Origin: Eledone cirrhosa
Taxonomy: Eukaryota
Assembly: GCA_964016885.1 (NCBI GenBank)
Contig: OZ024751.1
Location: 47,492,001 to 47,556,000 of the forward strand
Reading direction: 5' to 3'
Length of the DNA: 64,000 nt
Shown here: piece by piece, positions 60,177 through 64,000 of the stretch
How the letters are laid out: each line of letters starts with the position of its first letter
How positions within the stretch are numbered: position 1 is the first letter of the stretch
Position numbers and translations under genes: made by a program
Notes under the pieces: model-generated
The model's input: the letters and a program-made list of their open reading frames with translations, nothing else
The model's database searches: none
Told to the model about the DNA's origin: nothing

Positions 60177-62046
60177 TTAATCTATTATTTTAATATATAT
60201 ATATATATATAGATAGAGAGGTAGAAAATTGGAAGGTAATATCCGTAGTGGTAGAGCACTCAGTCCATGGGACGAGTTAGGTAAAAGTGGTAACACAACA
60301 GTTAGTTCACCATACCGAAAACAATTGTTTCACCTTAGCGGATCTGTCATTTCTATATCATTCCAAATTATCATCTCAAGGAAATAATGATAAAACTGAC
60401 CACGTTCCCCTGTTTAAGACTTTTGTTACTATATTGCTATTGAAACCAATTGCCTATGATTTTCAAATAACTTTGAAAATAATCAAGAATTTGGAAGGAT
60501 TTAATAATATAACTAACTTTAGCATTACCATGTATATGTTTGGAACATAACTTAAGAAAGATTCTTACATAAAATTATGATGGAAAGTTTCTAGATTAAT
60601 ATAAACACTTTAAGATAAACAACTTTATATCATAGAACAAGTGGCAGTGTCAGGCGGATAAGTACCAAAGGAATTAATTTGACCATATCTGGGCACGTAG
60701 TTAAAATTCAAAATATTTATCTCTCCGTTAATTCTAATTAATTTTTGTTATTATTTTGAGTAATACTATCAATATTTTAAACTTTCTAAATGAAAACTAA
60801 TTTATTATATATTTTAATTAATTTTGGTTTATTTCGTAATAAAAATACGCGTTGTTGTCTTATAAATTATTTTATCTCAGTCTTGTCAGATTTTTGCACG
60901 TTTTCGAGATCTCAACATTTCGCTTTTATTTCCTCAAATTTCTCTCCTGTTTTTAATCCTTCAAGTAAACATCTTATCACAGGTTAAAGATATAAGTGAT
61001 GCTGGAGTATGTACATGGTTACACGACCTGCTGCACCCTAGAGCCACATTCCTCTTAAATTTATACCCTGCTATCTAAAACAGAAAGGAAGATATCACAG
61101 AATAATCGTAGAGAGCTGGGACATCTTTGATCATAGGTTAATCTGCTAAATCAGAATTGACCTGCCACTAAACAATAGCGAGACCAATATCTATACCACA
61201 TCGTCATATATACACTGTCTAAATAAAAGACGAGATGGTTTCGGTCGGAATTCCTTGATCATCGATCTGCTAGATGAGGGGAATAGACCTGGGGCTAAAC
61301 AACAACAATATTTGATCATATGTCTCCTAGATGAGGTGAACTGACCTGGGGCTAAACAAAAATAATACTTAATCATAGGTTTGCTAGATGAGAGGAACAG
61401 GCCTCCGTCGGTTGCGATAATGAGTGTTCCAGTTGTTCGATCAACGGAACAGCCTGCTTGTGAAATAAGTCTGTATGTGGTTGAACATTCCACAACAATG
61501 TGTACTCTTAACGTTATTTTCAGAGAGATTTAGCGTGAGACAGTGCATGTCTGGGGTGGTCCTTTGAATCACAGCAGTTTCCGTCAACCCAATTTTACTC
61601 ACAAGTTCACAAGTCATAGGTCAGCCCAAGGTTTTGGTAAATGACACTTGCTCCAAGATGTTATGATGTGGGATTGAACACGAAACCTAACGAGTAAGAA
61701 GCTAACTTCTTAATCATTCCGCCATGCTGCTCCGCGACCTTGGAATAAACAACAACAATGACAACGCCACATTCGATTTCAATGCAATTCAGTTAGATCG
61801 AAAACATGAACAAAACAACAACAACAACAACAACTACAACACATTAAAACAAAACAAAAACTAAGTAAATATAAAAAAGAATGTAGTAAAAGATTCATTG
61901 ATGTGTCAAAATTGAATGTAGAAATATATTACAAAAATATGTTTTGAAAGAATTGTGTAAATTATAGTTAATTACACGTTCACTGGTTTTTAATTATCAT
62001 GGTTAATTAAAAATATCTTTAATTACAAAGTCTTTTATGTAATAAA

Positions 62047-62155
62047 GTGGCTGAGTGGTGAGAGAATTGGATTCACAATCTTGAGGTTGTGAGTTCGATT
62101 CCTGGACCGGGCGGTGCGTTATGTCCTTGAACAAGACACTTTATTTTACGTTGTT
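62047..62155 (+). mobile_element. tRNA-head SINE; other copies 8400-8490 (-), 22560-22665 (-), 34590-34710 (-), 20790-20850 (+)
   Basis: A box TGGCTGAGTGG and B box GTTCGATTCC, followed by a non-tRNA body (gtccttgaacaagacactttattt). Confidence 0.75.
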
Positions 62156-64000
62156 CCTTCTACCTGGAGTTGCAACCGATAGATAGTAGTAGCAACTGGA
62201 AAGACCCCCGAAAACTTTGTTTCCTCGGTCCGATTTGGCGAAAGTCGATCGATCCTTTATGTAATATGCGTGTGTATGTAAGTATCTATGTCATACTCAC
62301 GAATACACACACACACACATATATATATTTATGTGTGTGTGTGTGTGCGTGTATATGTGTGTATGTGTAAATGTATGTATGTTATGCAATAAAATTGTTA
62401 CGTCCTCTCAGAAGCTCAACGCCATTGAAACCAGGATTAACACTGAGCTGGACCTGATGAGCCATCGAACTGACTTAAACTGTTTTTAATTGTTACTACT
62501 CTTGTTGTTGATGTTTGGAGCTGGCGGAGGCGGTGGCGAAGTTATTAGTACCGTTTGTAATTTTCTTGCCTTTGTTAATGTTGTTTTTGTTGCTCCGTTG
62601 TTGTTATTGTTGTTATTAATAAAGTAGTAGTAATACTTGTTATTATTAACGACCATTTAAGTCCAAATCCGGGTAACCCAGGCTACAGTAATTTGGCCAC
62701 GTTTGCAGGATGAGCAGCGGAAGACTGCCACACCAACCTCTGTCACGACAGCGAGCTATGCACTGGAGCAGAAGCTATTTGGACGAAACAAATCGTGTAG
62801 GGCCTCAAATCGAAGCGCCTCGACCCCAACCATGTTAAGGTCAGCGTCACGGATAGAAAAGCGTGGAAGAACATCATCATCGGAGTTCATGATCCAGCGA
62901 TACCCACAGCAGAGTATTGATTGAGAGGACAGCCTCCCTCAATCGCCCATTAGGGCCCGAAGAGAGTTATACTTGTGATTAGTAACGTAGGCCCTTTACG
63001 TTCTGAGTTCAAATCCCGCCGAGTTTAAGCTTTGCCTTTCATCCTTACAGGGTCGATAAAATAAAATACCAGTAACGAACTGGAGTCGATTTAATCGATT
63101 CCCCTCCCCTCAAATTGCTGGCCTTGTGCCTAAATCTGAAACCATTATTAGGAGTAACGCTGTAGAGTGGTGGTGTTGGTGGTGGTGGTGGTGATGGTGG
63201 TGGTCGTCGTGTGGTGGTGGCGGTTGTGTATCAGTTTCTGTTGCTATTTTAATACCTTATCCTGGTCAGACCATTTGCTAATTCCTGGAACGAACACATT
63301 TATTTTATAAAAGGGATGATAATCATACAGTATAAATACTATCCACCTTAGCTTGTTCTAGAATACTTTGACAACCGAACTTCAAAAGCATATTAAATAT
63401 AAACAGCGAGAGATGAAAGGAACACTAACTAACTGGTTATATCAATGTTGTAAGTTAAAGTCTTTACAGTTCTATAGATTCACGTAATTTTACTGTTTTT
63501 TACAACTTACATTTGTTAGAATCTCTTAGTGAACTAATTACAAGAATTTAAAGCAAACCTTATACATCACAGTCGTTTAAAGCAGTGTTTCTCAACTTTT
63601 TCTTCCTTGTGGCTTAATTGTAGCGACAAAATATTTCAGGCCCACATAATCACAAATAGAAAATTTTATTTAAATCGAAAATTTTATTTAAAGTAGAAAT
63701 TTTATTTAAATAACTTTTGAATTATTTGCCTTTAAAAATAAAGTAAAACAGTTTATGTTTTCATAATTTTACACCAATGGAAAAAAAAAAAAATTCAAAG
63801 GAGGCCACCTATTTTCCTTGGGTCAACTCCAGACCCATCTTAAATATTTCAAAGAGATTTGAAACCCGTCAGATAGTAGAAACTTCAGAGTAACAAGACT
63901 TAAACTTGACCTTAATAAAGAATATATATTACTCTCAACTACAGCATTGGGTAGTCATTCTCACGACCGTCGGTACATATAATAATAATAATAATATTGA

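Noticed and set aside
62047-62110. tRNA gene
   Set aside because: A and B boxes are present, but there is no clean cloverleaf or acceptor stem and it continues into a SINE body found at several loci.
62454-62475. Isolated CTGANGA matches (here, and near 33434, 35260, 45668, 47980)
   Set aside because: No properly placed GAAA with paired stems I-III.
62690-62960. GC-richer segment, possibly an exon or RT fragment
   Set aside because: No recognisable motif or convincing splice-bounded frame.

Overview
AT-rich, microsatellite-saturated eukaryotic DNA. The SINE and RTE repeats resemble those of cephalopods (Octopus-like; an inference). Almost all supplied ORFs are translations of simple repeats. 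The only host gene I can support is a class A (neuropeptide-type) GPCR on the minus strand, with two spliceable exons: 33508-33932 (TM3-TM5) and 21979-22086 (TM6). The rest is intron-like DNA holding a 5'-truncated Penelope-like element with a GIY-YIG remnant (1146-2745), R4/Dong-like and CRE-like RLE retrotransposon fragments, RTE- and tRNA-type SINEs, and minisatellites. Main finding: about 23 canonical type I hammerhead ribozyme (HHR) motifs, counting both strands, plus several variant or partial ones, from roughly ten sequence families. Most sit in short (TA)n-flanked fold-back elements with a fixed polarity (antisense arm first, sense ribozyme second). Stems show compensatory base changes between copies, and a C-pyrimidine mismatch recurs at base pair 4 of stem II in unrelated families. 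One family is physically joined to the Penelope GIY-YIG ORF, and one locus is a 540-bp direct-repeat, retrozyme-like unit. All folds were read by eye; ribozyme activity is untested.
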